The notes: generated by a model not told the origin, from the sequence alone. Positions 19,936 through 28,818 are shown, counted from the first letter of the stretch. The stretch: 64,000 nucleotides of DNA from Kiritimatiellia bacterium (GCA_017527155.1 JAFXQI010000022.1:160-64159), one strand, 5' to 3'. Numbers and translations: made by a program.

Positions 19936-19971
19936 CTAGAAACCTAGATATCTAGATATCTAGAAACCTAG
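19936..19971. promoter_or_regulatory. CTAG-based palindromic operator candidate upstream of dnaJ
   Basis: CTAGAAAC-CTAGATATCTAGATATCTAG-AAACCTAG: a perfect 20-bp palindrome flanked by direct AAAC-CTAG repeats, AT-rich within a 70% GC genome, 19 nt before the dnaJ ATG. Confidence 0.45.
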
Positions 19972-19989
19972 CAGAAAGAGCCCCCCCCC

Positions 19990-21189
19990 ATGAGCGACAC
20001 CAAACGCGACTGCTACGAAGTCCTCGAAGTCCCCCGCGACGCCACAGACGACCAGATCAAGAAGGCCTACCGCAAGAAGGCCATGCTCTACCATCCCGAC
20101 CGCAACCCGGGCAACAAGGAAGCCGAAGAAAAATTCAAGGAAGCGACCCAGGCCTACGAAATCCTCTCCAAGCCCGAGACCCGCCGCCAGTACGACCAAT
20201 TCGGTTGGGCGGCCTTCGACCACGGCCGCGGCATGGGCGGCGGCCCCGGCGGCTTCGGCGGCCTGAACATGGAAGACGCCCTGCGCGCCTTCGCCTCCGC
20301 CTTCGGCGGCGGCGGCGGGGGCATCTTCGAGACCCTCTTCGGCGGCGGCATGCGCGGCGGCGGCGAACCCGGCGGCCCGGCGCGCGGCGCCGACCTCCAG
20401 TACGGCATCAAGATCGACTTCGAAGAAGCCGCCTTCGGCTCCACCCGCGAACTCACCCTCGACATCGAAGACGACTGCCCCGACTGCCACGGCACCGGAG
20501 CCGCCCCCGGCTCCAAGCCCGAGACCTGCAAAACCTGCCACGGCCGCGGCCAGGTCGTCACCTCCAACGGCTGGATCCAGATGAGCCGCCCCTGCCCCCG
20601 CTGCGGCGGCACCGGCGAAACCATCTCCAAGCCCTGCCCCGCATGCAACGGCGAAGGCCGCCAGCGCGCCAAGAAAAAGATCGCCCTCAAGATCCCGGCC
20701 GGCGTCGATACCGGTTCCCGCCTGCGCCTCGCGGGCAAGGGCGAAGGCGGCTCCCGCGGCGGCCCTCCCGGCGATTTGTACGTCGTCTTCGAAGTCCGCG
20801 ACCACGACATCTTCAAGCGCGACGGCCTCGACACCCTCTGCGAAGTCCCCATTCCCTTCCACATCGCCACCCTGGGCGGCGAAATCCAGATCCCGACCCT
20901 CCGCGGCGACGTCCCCCTGAAGATTCCCGCCGGCACCTCCGACGGCAAACTCTTCACCTTCCGTGGCCTTGGCATGCCCGACCCGCGCGGCCGGACCGCC
21001 GGCGACCACCACGTCCGCGTCGTCATCGAGACCCCGACCGACCTCCCCCGCAACTCCCGCGACCTCCTGGCCGCCTTCGGCGCGACCCTCACGGAGGCCA
21101 ACCATCCCCGCCTCGCCGCCCTCCGCAAGAAAGCCCGCGCCTTCCACGACCGCCGCGAACAGATGGCGTCCGCGAAGGAAAAGTCCTGA
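19990..21189 (+). CDS. dnaJ: molecular chaperone DnaJ
   Basis: J-domain with HPD (YHPDRNPG), Gly-rich linker, four CxxCxGxG zinc-finger repeats, C-terminal substrate-binding domains. Confidence 0.95.
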   Translation: MSDTKRDCYEVLEVPRDATDDQIKKAYRKKAMLYHPDRNPGNKEAEEKFKEATQAYEILSKPETRRQYDQFGWAAFDHGRGMGGGPGGFGGLNMEDALRAFASAFGGGGGGIFETLFGGGMRGGGEPGGPARGADLQYGIKIDFEEAAFGSTRELTLDIEDDCPDCHGTGAAPGSKPETCKTCHGRGQVVTSNGWIQMSRPCPRCGGTGETISKPCPACNGEGRQRAKKKIALKIPAGVDTGSRLRLAGKGEGGSRGGPPGDLYVVFEVRDHDIFKRDGLDTLCEVPIPFHIATLGGEIQIPTLRGDVPLKIPAGTSDGKLFTFRGLGMPDPRGRTAGDHHVRVVIETPTDLPRNSRDLLAAFGATLTEANHPRLAALRKKARAFHDRREQMASAKEKS

Positions 21190-21226
21190 CCGCCCGCCCC
21201 CTGCAACCTCCCTCCTCCCATCAAGC

Positions 21227-21258
21227 AAAACGCCCCCGGAACACTCCGGGGGCGTTTG
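21227..21258. terminator. bidirectional intrinsic terminator between dnaJ and the convergent lipoprotein gene
   Basis: AAAACGCCCCCGGA-ACACT-CCGGGGGCGTTTGG: a 9-bp GC stem flanked by an A-run and a T-run. Confidence 0.7.
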
Positions 21259-21271
21259 GCAAAGGCCGTGA

Positions 21272-21544
21272 TCAGGGCGTCTCGGCAGCGGCCTTCTTCT
21301 TGGCGGCCTTCTTGGTCTCCTTGACGGCGGCTTTCTTCGGCTCCTTGACCTTCGCGGGCTTGTCGCAGGCGGGCTTGTCGGCCTTCGCGGCGCAGCCGCA
21401 GGAGGCCTCGCAGGCGGAGGAGCAGGTGCACGCATCGCCGCAGCAAGCCGGCTTCGCGGCCTTTTCGCACTGCGACGGGCAGACGCATCCGGACAGCCCC
21501 GCGACCATCGCGGCGGCCGCAAGCAGGACAATCAGTTTCTTCAT
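21272..21544 (-). CDS. small Cys-rich lipoprotein with Lys/Ala-rich tail (metal-binding candidate)
   Basis: 90 aa. Lipoprotein signal peptide (MKKLIVLLAAAAMVAGLSGC). 10 Cys in ~40 aa (CVCPSQC...ACCGDACTCSSACEASCGC...PAC), then a KKAAK repeat tail. Confidence 0.6.
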   Translation of the reverse strand: MKKLIVLLAAAAMVAGLSGCVCPSQCEKAAKPACCGDACTCSSACEASCGCAAKADKPACDKPAKVKEPKKAAVKETKKAAKKKAAAETP

Positions 21545-21676
21545 GGCAATTCCTTTCGGTTGGTTGGGATTCCGGTGGGACTCTACGGCACACTCCCCCC
21601 TCCGCGCAAGCCGAAATACGCTCTTTTCCCCGCATTGGCGCTTGCGCGCGGGGCCGGGGCGTGGCAGAGTGCGGGC

Positions 21677-22567
21677 ATGATTTCCTGGGAACAACTTTCG
21701 CACACGCTCGTCCTGCCCGGATTGCGGGGATTCCTCGAAATCGCCGTGCTCTCGGCCATCATCTATTCCGTGTTCCTGTTCTTCCGCGGCACGCGCGGGG
21801 CGCAGGTGCTGCTCGGGCTCGTGTTCGCCGCCATCCTGCTGATGGTCGTCACGCAGGTGGGGCACCTCACCACGCTCAACTGGCTGCTGCAGCACCTGTC
21901 GATGTACGCGGTGATTGCCGTCGTCGTGATCTTCCAGCCCGAAATCCGCCGCGCGCTCGCGGAGCTCGGCAAGAAGCCGGCCTTCTCGTCGGGCACCGTC
22001 CACGACCGCGACGTGCTGGAGGAGCTGGTGCGCGCCGTCGAGACCCTCTCCGCCGGCAAGACCGGCGCGCTGATCGCCATCGAGCGCGAGATCGGCACCC
22101 GCGCGATCCAGGAAACCGGCACGCACGTGGACGCCGAAGTCAGCAGCGACCTGCTCAACACCATCTTCTTCCCGCACACGGCGCTGCACGACGGCGGGGT
22201 CATCATCGCGGGCAACCGCATCCGCTCGGCGGCATGCGTCTTCCCGCTGACCTCCAAGCCGCTGCCGGGCAACCTCGGCACGCGCCACCGCGCCGCGGTG
22301 GGGATATCGGAGGAAACCGACGCGCTGGTCCTGGTCGTCTCCGAGGAAACCGGCGCCATCTCCGTCGCCTACAAGGGACACCTCGCCTACGGCATCGACG
22401 AATCGCGCCTGCACCGCCTCCTCGCCGCCCTGCTGCTGCGCAACACCGCCGCCCGCGAATCCCGCTGGACCCGCTTCCGCAAGAGCCTCGACCTCTCGCC
22501 CACCGGCATCGCCAAGACCGACGCCCTCATGGAGAAGGAATTTGAAGATACTGAAAACCATCTCTGA
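21677..22567 (+). CDS. cdaA: diadenylate cyclase CdaA
   Basis: Three N-terminal TM helices plus DAC domain (GALIAIEREIG...LHDGGVIIAGNRI...TRHRAAVGISEETDALVLVVSEETGAISVA). Confidence 0.9.
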   Translation: MISWEQLSHTLVLPGLRGFLEIAVLSAIIYSVFLFFRGTRGAQVLLGLVFAAILLMVVTQVGHLTTLNWLLQHLSMYAVIAVVVIFQPEIRRALAELGKKPAFSSGTVHDRDVLEELVRAVETLSAGKTGALIAIEREIGTRAIQETGTHVDAEVSSDLLNTIFFPHTALHDGGVIIAGNRIRSAACVFPLTSKPLPGNLGTRHRAAVGISEETDALVLVVSEETGAISVAYKGHLAYGIDESRLHRLLAALLLRNTAARESRWTRFRKSLDLSPTGIAKTDALMEKEFEDTENHL

Positions 22568-23513
22568 CCGGCTCGAAACGCGCGGCGGCATCTTCCTGAT
22601 CTCGCTGGCCATCGCGGCGATCGTGTGGTTCGGCATCCGCGCCATCACCGGCTACTCCGCGCGCGTGACGGAAATCCCCGTCTCCATCCAGCCGCCGCCC
22701 GGCTGGATCGTCCTCGACGCCTCCGCCCGCACCGTCGACATCTCCTTCCTCGGCACGCGCGAAGACCTCCGCCTGCTCAACCGCGACCTCGTCAAGGTCT
22801 CCGTCGACCTGCGGCACCATACCGACGCCGCCCCCTGCGTCCACGAATTCGCGGCCGCCGACGTCAGCGCCCCCGGCTCGCCCATCCTCGACTTCGCCGT
22901 GCCGTCCAAGATCGTCGTCCGCATGGACCGCCAGGGCACCAAGCAGGTCCCCGTGCGGCTGGAGACCCAGAACATGCTCCCCGCCGGCTACGAGCAGAAG
23001 GCGCCCGTCATCACGCCCGCCACCGTGCAGCTCACCGGACCCGAATCCGTCCTCGCGCGCATCGAATCCGTATCCACGCTGCCGATCGACCTCGACGGCC
23101 GCATCCGGACCTTCACCCGGCGCGCCCAGCGCCTCGTGCTGCCGGGTGACGCCGCCGAACACGTACGGATGGATCCGCCGACCGCCACCCTCGAAATCCC
23201 CATCGTCGAGCGTTCCGGGACCATGCGGTTCGACGACGTCCCCGTCGGCCTCGTCTGCCCGCCCGGGCAGGCCTTGCAGGCGACGGTCGTGCCCGACGTC
23301 GCGGCCGTGACCGTCAAGGGCCCGCCCGAACTCGTCGACGCCCTGTCCGCGGGCGACGTGCGGCTCTTCGTGGACGCGACCGGCGTCGGCGGCCCCGTCT
23401 CCCAGCTCCGCCCCATCCACGCCGACCTCCCCGCCAGCCTCTCCCTCGTCCAGACCGATCCCCCCCAGGCCCGCGTCCAGGTCACCTTCGGAACCCTCCA
23501 GCCCGACGAGTGA
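22542..23513 (+). CDS. cdaR: CdaA regulatory protein CdaR (YbbR-like domain protein)
   Basis: N-terminal TM helix, then repeated YbbR-like beta-rich segments. Overlaps the cdaA 3' end by 26 nt, the canonical cdaA-cdaR arrangement. Confidence 0.7.
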   Translation: MKILKTISDRLETRGGIFLISLAIAAIVWFGIRAITGYSARVTEIPVSIQPPPGWIVLDASARTVDISFLGTREDLRLLNRDLVKVSVDLRHHTDAAPCVHEFAAADVSAPGSPILDFAVPSKIVVRMDRQGTKQVPVRLETQNMLPAGYEQKAPVITPATVQLTGPESVLARIESVSTLPIDLDGRIRTFTRRAQRLVLPGDAAEHVRMDPPTATLEIPIVERSGTMRFDDVPVGLVCPPGQALQATVVPDVAAVTVKGPPELVDALSAGDVRLFVDATGVGGPVSQLRPIHADLPASLSLVQTDPPQARVQVTFGTLQPDE

Positions 23514-23516
23514 CGC

Positions 23517-23744
23517 GGGACAATCTCTCACGCAGAGACGCTGAGAGGCAGAGGCGCAGAGGCTTGGAGGGGGGCAAGAAAAACTCGTGCGAAGGCGCGG
23601 AGGCGCGGAGAGAAAAACGGGGTCATTTTTGTCCTTTTGTGCTTTCCCGTCCCCCAAAAGCCCTCCGCGCCTCCGCGCCTCCGCGCGAGTTCACTCTTTC
23701 CCCGTCCCCCCTCCAAGCCCTCTGCGTCTCTTCTTCTCTGCGCC
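23517..23744. repeat. long imperfect inverted repeat (~95-nt arms, ~50-nt centre) between convergent cdaR and EEP genes
   Basis: Left arm CTCACGCAGAGACGCTGAGAGGCAGAGGCGCAGAGGCTTGGAGGGGGG...GGCGCGGAGGCGCGGAG. The right arm is its imperfect reverse complement. Internal GCAGAGGC / GGCGCGGAG tandem sub-repeats. Confidence 0.6.
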
Positions 23745-23763
23745 TCTGCGTGAGCCGCCCCGC

Positions 23764-24618
23764 TCAGTCCACCGGCACCCGGAACGTCTTCATCACCGGC
23801 AGATGCTGCAGCGACGCCCCCGCGTCGTCCTTCCGCGCCGGGAACGGTGGCCGCGACCACAGCCGCGTGTCGAACACGATGCCGTCCGGGAAGCCCAGCC
23901 CGCCCACCACCGTCTTCACCTCGTACGGGGCGAGCGCGCGGTTCGGCAGCACCACGTCGTAGGGGTGGGTGCGGACCGAGTTGGTGTCCGGGTTCCCCTT
24001 CTGGTCCGCCGGAACCCGTTGCAGGTCGAAGATCCGCCCCAGCACCGCCATCACGCCCGTCTCGCGGCTGCCCGTGTTGAGGTCGCCGCAGAGCACGATG
24101 TAGTCCTTCGCGGGGAAGTGCCGCCGGATGCGTTCCACCAGGTAGTCCGCCTCCGGTATCCGCCGGTTCGCGCGGTTCTGGACCAGATGGACGCTCACCA
24201 CGTGCAGGTCCTTCCCGCCCGGCAGCCGCACCGTCGCCCAGAACAGCTGGCGGTTCTTGACGTACGGGTCCTCCCACTGGCCCCAGGCCACCACGGGGAA
24301 CCGGCTCACGACCCCGTTCGGCAGCCGCGCCCCGCCGCGTTCCCGGCAGAACTCCCGGTCGCCGCGCGGGAACATGCGCTTCACGAGGTCGGCGCTGGTC
24401 CCCTCCTTGTAATTGAACTCCTGGATGCCGATCACGTCCGGGTCCAGTGCCTGGAGCATCCGGATGCCGGCCGGTCCGTACGCCTGCGTGTCGTTGTCGG
24501 AGAGATTGGCCGACGCGACGGTGAAACTCACCCACCGCTTCGGCGCCGCACCCGCGGCCGCGCACCATGCCACCGCCGCCAGCGCGACCGCAAACCCTGT
24601 CCAACCTCTCCGTTTCAT
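23764..24618 (-). CDS. endonuclease/exonuclease/phosphatase (EEP) family protein, secreted
   Basis: Signal peptide. EEP motifs (IGIQEF, VVSVHL, VLCGDLN, THPYDVVLPN). Confidence 0.75.
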   Translation of the reverse strand: MKRRGWTGFAVALAAVAWCAAAGAAPKRWVSFTVASANLSDNDTQAYGPAGIRMLQALDPDVIGIQEFNYKEGTSADLVKRMFPRGDREFCRERGGARLPNGVVSRFPVVAWGQWEDPYVKNRQLFWATVRLPGGKDLHVVSVHLVQNRANRRIPEADYLVERIRRHFPAKDYIVLCGDLNTGSRETGVMAVLGRIFDLQRVPADQKGNPDTNSVRTHPYDVVLPNRALAPYEVKTVVGGLGFPDGIVFDTRLWSRPPFPARKDDAGASLQHLPVMKTFRVPVD

Positions 24619-24847
24619 CTCCCCGATTCTAGCCGCCTGCCCCCGCCTTGGCAAGCCCCAAGCCCCCCCCTTTGCGGGCCCGGTCCGGCTGCAGCGTTTT
24701 TTGAGATTACGGAAAACCCCGGCAAATTCCCCCTTTCCCCCCCCATTCCTCCCCCATGAACGACATTTCCCCGGCCCCCCGCGATTTGCGGCTTGCCGCC
24801 GCCCCGTCCGAAACGCTAGAGTCCGGACCATGAAGGAGACCGTTGCC

Positions 24848-25432
24848 ATGAAACCGTCCGTCCACGCCCTCGCCCTCTCGTTCCTGCTGCTCGCCGCCGC
24901 CGGCGCTGCCGCACAGGACATCCGCACCGCGTGGGCCTACCACGCCGCCGAAGGCGCCTCCCCCGCCGCCGAGATCATCCCCGGCAAGGCGACCGCCTTC
25001 CTCGCCAACGGCACCGCGTCCATCCCCCAGGACCGCACCGTCACCCTCTACGTCATGACCGACCACCAGTTCGCCGGCGACCTCGACGAACAGATCTTCG
25101 TCCGCTGGTGGGACGGCTACATGGCCCACTGGGTCATGGGCTCCTGGGTCGAAAACCTCCACCTCTCCCCCTCCAATTCCATCCGCGGCTTCCCGGCCGA
25201 CGGCGAGGTCATGGTCGATCTCTGGAAGATCGACATCCCCTCCTGGATCACCCAGCCCGGCGAGAATTTCTACGCCATCCAGCTCAAGGGCTGCCGCGGC
25301 GACCATTCCGAGGAGCGCTACCTCCTCCGCCGCGCCGGCGGCGACTTCTCGCGCCGCAACGCGCTCGGCCAGGCCTGGTCCTCGTCGGAAGAATTCGACG
25401 GCCAGGACTGGAGCGTCACGATCCTGCCCTGA
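24848..25432 (+). CDS. secreted hypothetical protein
   Basis: AAGGAG RBS. Sec signal peptide (MKPSVHALALSFLLLAAAGAAAQD). No recognisable domain. Confidence 0.55.
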   Translation: MKPSVHALALSFLLLAAAGAAAQDIRTAWAYHAAEGASPAAEIIPGKATAFLANGTASIPQDRTVTLYVMTDHQFAGDLDEQIFVRWWDGYMAHWVMGSWVENLHLSPSNSIRGFPADGEVMVDLWKIDIPSWITQPGENFYAIQLKGCRGDHSEERYLLRRAGGDFSRRNALGQAWSSSEEFDGQDWSVTILP

Positions 25433-25444
25433 CCTCCCGCCGCC

Positions 25445-27928
25445 GTGGAGTGGTGGGCGGAGCAGGAAGAGGAGGATTTCCTCGCCTCGCAGCGGCCGCC
25501 GCGCGCCCGTCCGATGGTCGGGATCGCGGTACCGTTCATGGCCGGCATCGCCGCTGGCCTGACGCTCCCCGTGCCCGCCTGGACCGCCGCCGCCGCCGCG
25601 CTCGTGCTGGCGGGCGGCGCGTTCGCCTTCCTGCGGCGCGGGTGGTCGGCGGGGCTCCTCGCGCTGCTGCTGTTCGTGCTCGGCGCCGGCCACGCGCGGC
25701 TCTCCATCGAAGCCCGCAATGGCCCCGACGCCCTCGCCTCGCGCATCCCCCGCCGAATGGAGTACGTCCGCTTCGCCGCCGTCGCGCGCGAGGACGCCGT
25801 GCGCCGCCCGCCCCGCCCCGGACGCCGCTCCGGCGACGTGTGCGTCGAAACCGACGCCGTGGCGCTGGACCGCGACGGCCGCTGGGAGCGCGCCGCCGGG
25901 CGCATCCAGGTCGTCCTGCGCGGCGTCCCCGACGGCGCCCCCCTCCCCCTCTACGGCGAGCGCTGGGCCTTCCACGGCCTCGTGCGCCCCGGACACGGCC
26001 GCGGCGGCCGCACGCAGGCCGTCATCGACGCCGACCGCGCCGTACGCTGGGACGCCGGCCACGGGAACCCCTTCGTGCGCTGGTGCATGGAGCGCCGCCG
26101 CGCCTGCCGCCGCATCCTCTCCGCGGGCCTCGACGACCGCCCCGAGGAGCGCGCCATCCTGCAGGCCCTCCTCCTCGGCTACCGCGCCGACCTCCCCGAG
26201 ACCCTCCGCGACGACTTCCGCGCGACGGGCACCATCCACGTCTTCGCCATATCCGGCGCGCACGTCATGGTCATGATGGTCCTCGTGGACGCCGTGCTCG
26301 CCCTCCTCGGCATCCCGCGCACCCGCTGGTTCTGGGCCGCCGCGCCCCTGCTCGCCGCCTACACCGTCGGGACCGGCGCCGCCGTCAGCGCCGTCCGCGC
26401 CTGCCTCATGGCCGTGTCCGCGATGGGGGCCCTCTGCCTGCGCCGGCGCGGCGACGGCACCAGCTCCCTGCTGGCGGCGGCCATGCTGATTCTCGTCTTC
26501 GCGCCCGACCAGCTCTTCGATCTCGGCTTCATCCTCTCCTTCACCGCCGTCGCCTCCCTCCTCGCCCTCGTACCCCCGATGGAGCGGCCCGTCGCCCGCC
26601 TCTTCTCGCGCGACCGCTGGCGCATCCCCGCCGACCTCCCCTGGTGGCGGGAAGCCCCCCTCGCCGCGGGCGCCTTCCTGCGCCAGAACGCCGTCGTCTC
26701 CTGCGCCGCGTGGATTGGTACCGGTCCCCTCACCGCCTTCTGGTTCAACCTCTTCTCGCCCATCGCCCTCCTCGTCAACCTCGCCGTCGTCCCCACCGTG
26801 CTCGCCCTCCTCGCCCTCGGCGTCGCCAGCCTTCTCGGCGCCTGGACCGGCCCCGCCTGGCCCGAACTGTGCAACCGCGCCGCCGCGGGACTCGCCGGAC
26901 TCCTCGCCTCCTGCATCGGCTGGGCCTCCCGCGTCCCCCACGGACACTGGTTCGTCCGCTCCCCGCCCGCCCTCCTCGTGTGGAGCGGCTACGCCGTCCT
27001 CCTCGCCGGCGTCTGGGCCCGCTCCCGGGGCCGCCGATGGGTCCTCCCCGCCGCCCTCGCCGCCGTCGCCGCCGCCTACGCCGCGTGGGGCGCCCTCGAC
27101 GCCCGGCGCTGCCGCATCAGCATCCTCGACGCCGGCGAAAGCAACGCCGTCCTCGTGCAGGCCGGACCCGCCCGCGTACTGGTCGATACCGGCGAATCCT
27201 TCCGCGCCTGGACCCTTCTCCGCCAACTCCGCGCCCAGGGCGTCAACCGCCTCGACGCCGTCGTCCTCACCCATGCCGACACCGCGCACACCGGCGCCCT
27301 CCCCTACCTCCTCGACGCCGTCCCCGTCGGCGCCCTCTGGCTCCCCGACCCCGTATGGCCCACCCCCGCCATCCGCGACCTCCTCGCCCGCTGCGAAAAC
27401 CCCAATCCCGACGATCCTCCCCTCCCTCCCCTCCGCCGCCTCTCCGCCGGCGACGCCGGACTCCTCCCCCTCGGCGTCTCCTGGGAAGTCCTCTGGCCCT
27501 CCAAAAACGCCCCCATGGCCTGCGCCGACGACACCTCCCTCGTCCTCCGCGTCGCCCGCTACGGCGCCTCCGTCCTCCTCCCCTCCGACGCCACCCCCGC
27601 CGCCGAGCGCGCCATCCTCGACGCCGGGCGCCGCCCCGACGCCGCCCTCCTGCTCGCCGCCGACCACGGCAGCTCCGCCTCCACGCCGCCCTGGTGGCTC
27701 GACGCCGTATCCCCAGACGCCGTCCTCGTCAGCTGCGGCCCCCATTCCAAGGCCTACCATCCCGACGCCGCCCTCCTCGACCTCCTCGCCTCCCGGAACC
27801 TCCCCGTCCTCCGCACCGACCTCTCCGGCGACCTCCACATCGACTTCCTCCCCTCCGTCCCACGCCCTCCCCGCCGCGGCTACCGCCTCACCGCCTCCCG
27901 CCCCCTCCCCTCCGACCTCCCCCTCTAA
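25445..27928 (+). CDS. comEC: DNA internalization-related competence protein ComEC/Rec2
   Basis: Polytopic competence domain (TGTIHVFAISGAHVMVM...) plus C-terminal metallo-beta-lactamase domain (VLTHADTAHTGAL; LLAADHGSSAS). The true start may be internal (MVGIAV at ~25514). Confidence 0.85.
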   Translation: MEWWAEQEEEDFLASQRPPRARPMVGIAVPFMAGIAAGLTLPVPAWTAAAAALVLAGGAFAFLRRGWSAGLLALLLFVLGAGHARLSIEARNGPDALASRIPRRMEYVRFAAVAREDAVRRPPRPGRRSGDVCVETDAVALDRDGRWERAAGRIQVVLRGVPDGAPLPLYGERWAFHGLVRPGHGRGGRTQAVIDADRAVRWDAGHGNPFVRWCMERRRACRRILSAGLDDRPEERAILQALLLGYRADLPETLRDDFRATGTIHVFAISGAHVMVMMVLVDAVLALLGIPRTRWFWAAAPLLAAYTVGTGAAVSAVRACLMAVSAMGALCLRRRGDGTSSLLAAAMLILVFAPDQLFDLGFILSFTAVASLLALVPPMERPVARLFSRDRWRIPADLPWWREAPLAAGAFLRQNAVVSCAAWIGTGPLTAFWFNLFSPIALLVNLAVVPTVLALLALGVASLLGAWTGPAWPELCNRAAAGLAGLLASCIGWASRVPHGHWFVRSPPALLVWSGYAVLLAGVWARSRGRRWVLPAALAAVAAAYAAWGALDARRCRISILDAGESNAVLVQAGPARVLVDTGESFRAWTLLRQLRAQGVNRLDAVVLTHADTAHTGALPYLLDAVPVGALWLPDPVWPTPAIRDLLARCENPNPDDPPLPPLRRLSAGDAGLLPLGVSWEVLWPSKNAPMACADDTSLVLRVARYGASVLLPSDATPAAERAILDAGRRPDAALLLAADHGSSASTPPWWLDAVSPDAVLVSCGPHSKAYHPDAALLDLLASRNLPVLRTDLSGDLHIDFLPSVPRPPRRGYRLTASRPLPSDLPL

Positions 27929-27980
27929 CCCCTCCTCCCTCCCGCCCTCCCGCCCTTCCGCCCCCCGTCGCGACCAACTT

Positions 27981-27994
27981 TTGGAAACAGGAAA
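27981..27994 (+). promoter_or_regulatory. conserved upstream element TTGGAAACAGGAAA (copy 2), 41 nt before an ATGAAAAA small ORF
   Basis: Exact 14-mer repeat of 6826-6839 with the same TTTCCCCC box and CCCCACCATGAAAAA. Located in the ComEC / OMP convergent gap. Confidence 0.45.
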
Positions 27995-28035
27995 AATCCA
28001 CACATTTCCCCCTTCCCGGCACCATCATCCCCACC

Positions 28036-28173
28036 ATGAAAAATCCCCCCTCCTCCCCCCTGGAAACGCCGAAGGCGCCCCCCGCAGGGGACGCCTTCCG
28101 CAACCCGGCCGAACCCGTTCTCAGAACGCCCAGCTCACGATTGGCATCATCTTCACGTCCCCCGAATCGATGA
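28036..28173 (+). other. 45-codon ORF (MKNPPSSPLETPKAPPAGDAFRNPAEPVLR...) preceded by conserved element copy 2; possible small protein, leader or transcribed RNA
   Basis: Same CCCCACC-ATGAAAAA start context and 41-nt spacing as the three full-length genes carrying the element. Overlaps the 3' end of the convergent OMP gene by ~50 nt, so coding status is doubtful. Confidence 0.25.
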
Positions 28174-28603
28174 TGTTGATGATCCCGATCTGCACCCCGT
28201 GGAGGCCACCCACGTGGTTGAACAACCCGATCTGCAACCCATCCATCTGCCCCTTCACGATGTTGACCAACCCGAGCTGGAAGCCCGTCGCCGCTTCGTC
28301 GATGTTCACCAGACCCACCTCGAAACCGCAGGACATCACGTCCGAGAGGTTGATCGCGTTCAGCCGGATGCCGCGGATGGTGCCGCCGCCGCCCGCGATG
28401 CCGAGATCGAGGCCGGTCATCTCGATGTTTTCGCTGTACGGCAGATTCAGCCGCAGCCCCACCACCTCGCGGTCGGCCCCGAACAACTGCGCCGAATCCC
28501 CGACGATGCCGATCTGCACGGGCACCGCCGCCGACGCGACCACCGTACCGACCAACGCCATCGCCACCAAGCCCAACCACAAACCCTTTGCCGTCTTCTT
28601 CAT
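28121..28603 (-). CDS. outer-membrane beta-barrel candidate with tandem 8-residue GxQxGxxN repeats
   Basis: Signal peptide (MKKTAKGLWLGLVAMALVGTVVASAAV). Repeats GLQIGLFN/GVQIGIIN/GFQLGLVN/GFEVGLVN. Aromatic C-terminus (SWAF), typical of OMP barrels. Confidence 0.6.
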   Translation of the reverse strand: MKKTAKGLWLGLVAMALVGTVVASAAVPVQIGIVGDSAQLFGADREVVGLRLNLPYSENIEMTGLDLGIAGGGGTIRGIRLNAINLSDVMSCGFEVGLVNIDEAATGFQLGLVNIVKGQMDGLQIGLFNHVGGLHGVQIGIINIIDSGDVKMMPIVSWAF

Positions 28604-28758
28604 GTCATGACCTTTCATTGTTTGCATCGGCACCCCGCCGATTGCCCCCGTACCATACCCATCCCCCCCCCGTGAACGCAACCCCAAACCACCCGCCCGT
28701 CCGCCCGTCCGTCCATCCTCCCTCCCTCTCCCCCTCTCCCGCCCACATCCTCCCTTGA

Positions 28759-28803
28759 CCTCCATTGTCCGCCCCACTCTTGGCCTCCATTGTCCGCCCC
28801 ACT
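28759..28803. repeat. direct 20-bp repeat CCTCCATTGTCCGCCCCACT x2 (5-nt spacer) immediately upstream of the conserved element of paralog B
   Basis: Read directly; abuts the GCGATATCAAGGAA element. Confidence 0.7.
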
Positions 28804-28804
28804 T

Positions 28805-28818
28805 GCGATATCAAGGAA
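28805..28818 (+). promoter_or_regulatory. conserved upstream element GCGATATCAAGGAA (copy 1), 41 nt before the ATGAAA start of paralog B
   Basis: Same 14-mer at 35094 and, inverted, at 29641. Followed by a TTTCC box. Confidence 0.5.

Noticed and set aside
24700-24832. 25-codon upstream ORF (MNDISPAPRDLRLAAAPSETLESGP) ending in ATGA with an upstream ATG of the secreted-protein gene
   Set aside because: It has no RBS and no conservation evidence. The downstream gene more plausibly starts at the RBS-supported ATG at 24848.
24707-28003. 1098-aa minus-strand ORF, and similar long frames (24931-28173 +, 40616-43264 -, 44079-47606 -, 47942-59467 +, 36984-40511 -)
   Set aside because: All overlap, on the opposite strand or an alternate frame, genes with strong homology-level support (comEC, TPR paralogs, eno, giant protein). 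They are Arg/Pro/Gly-rich without motifs.
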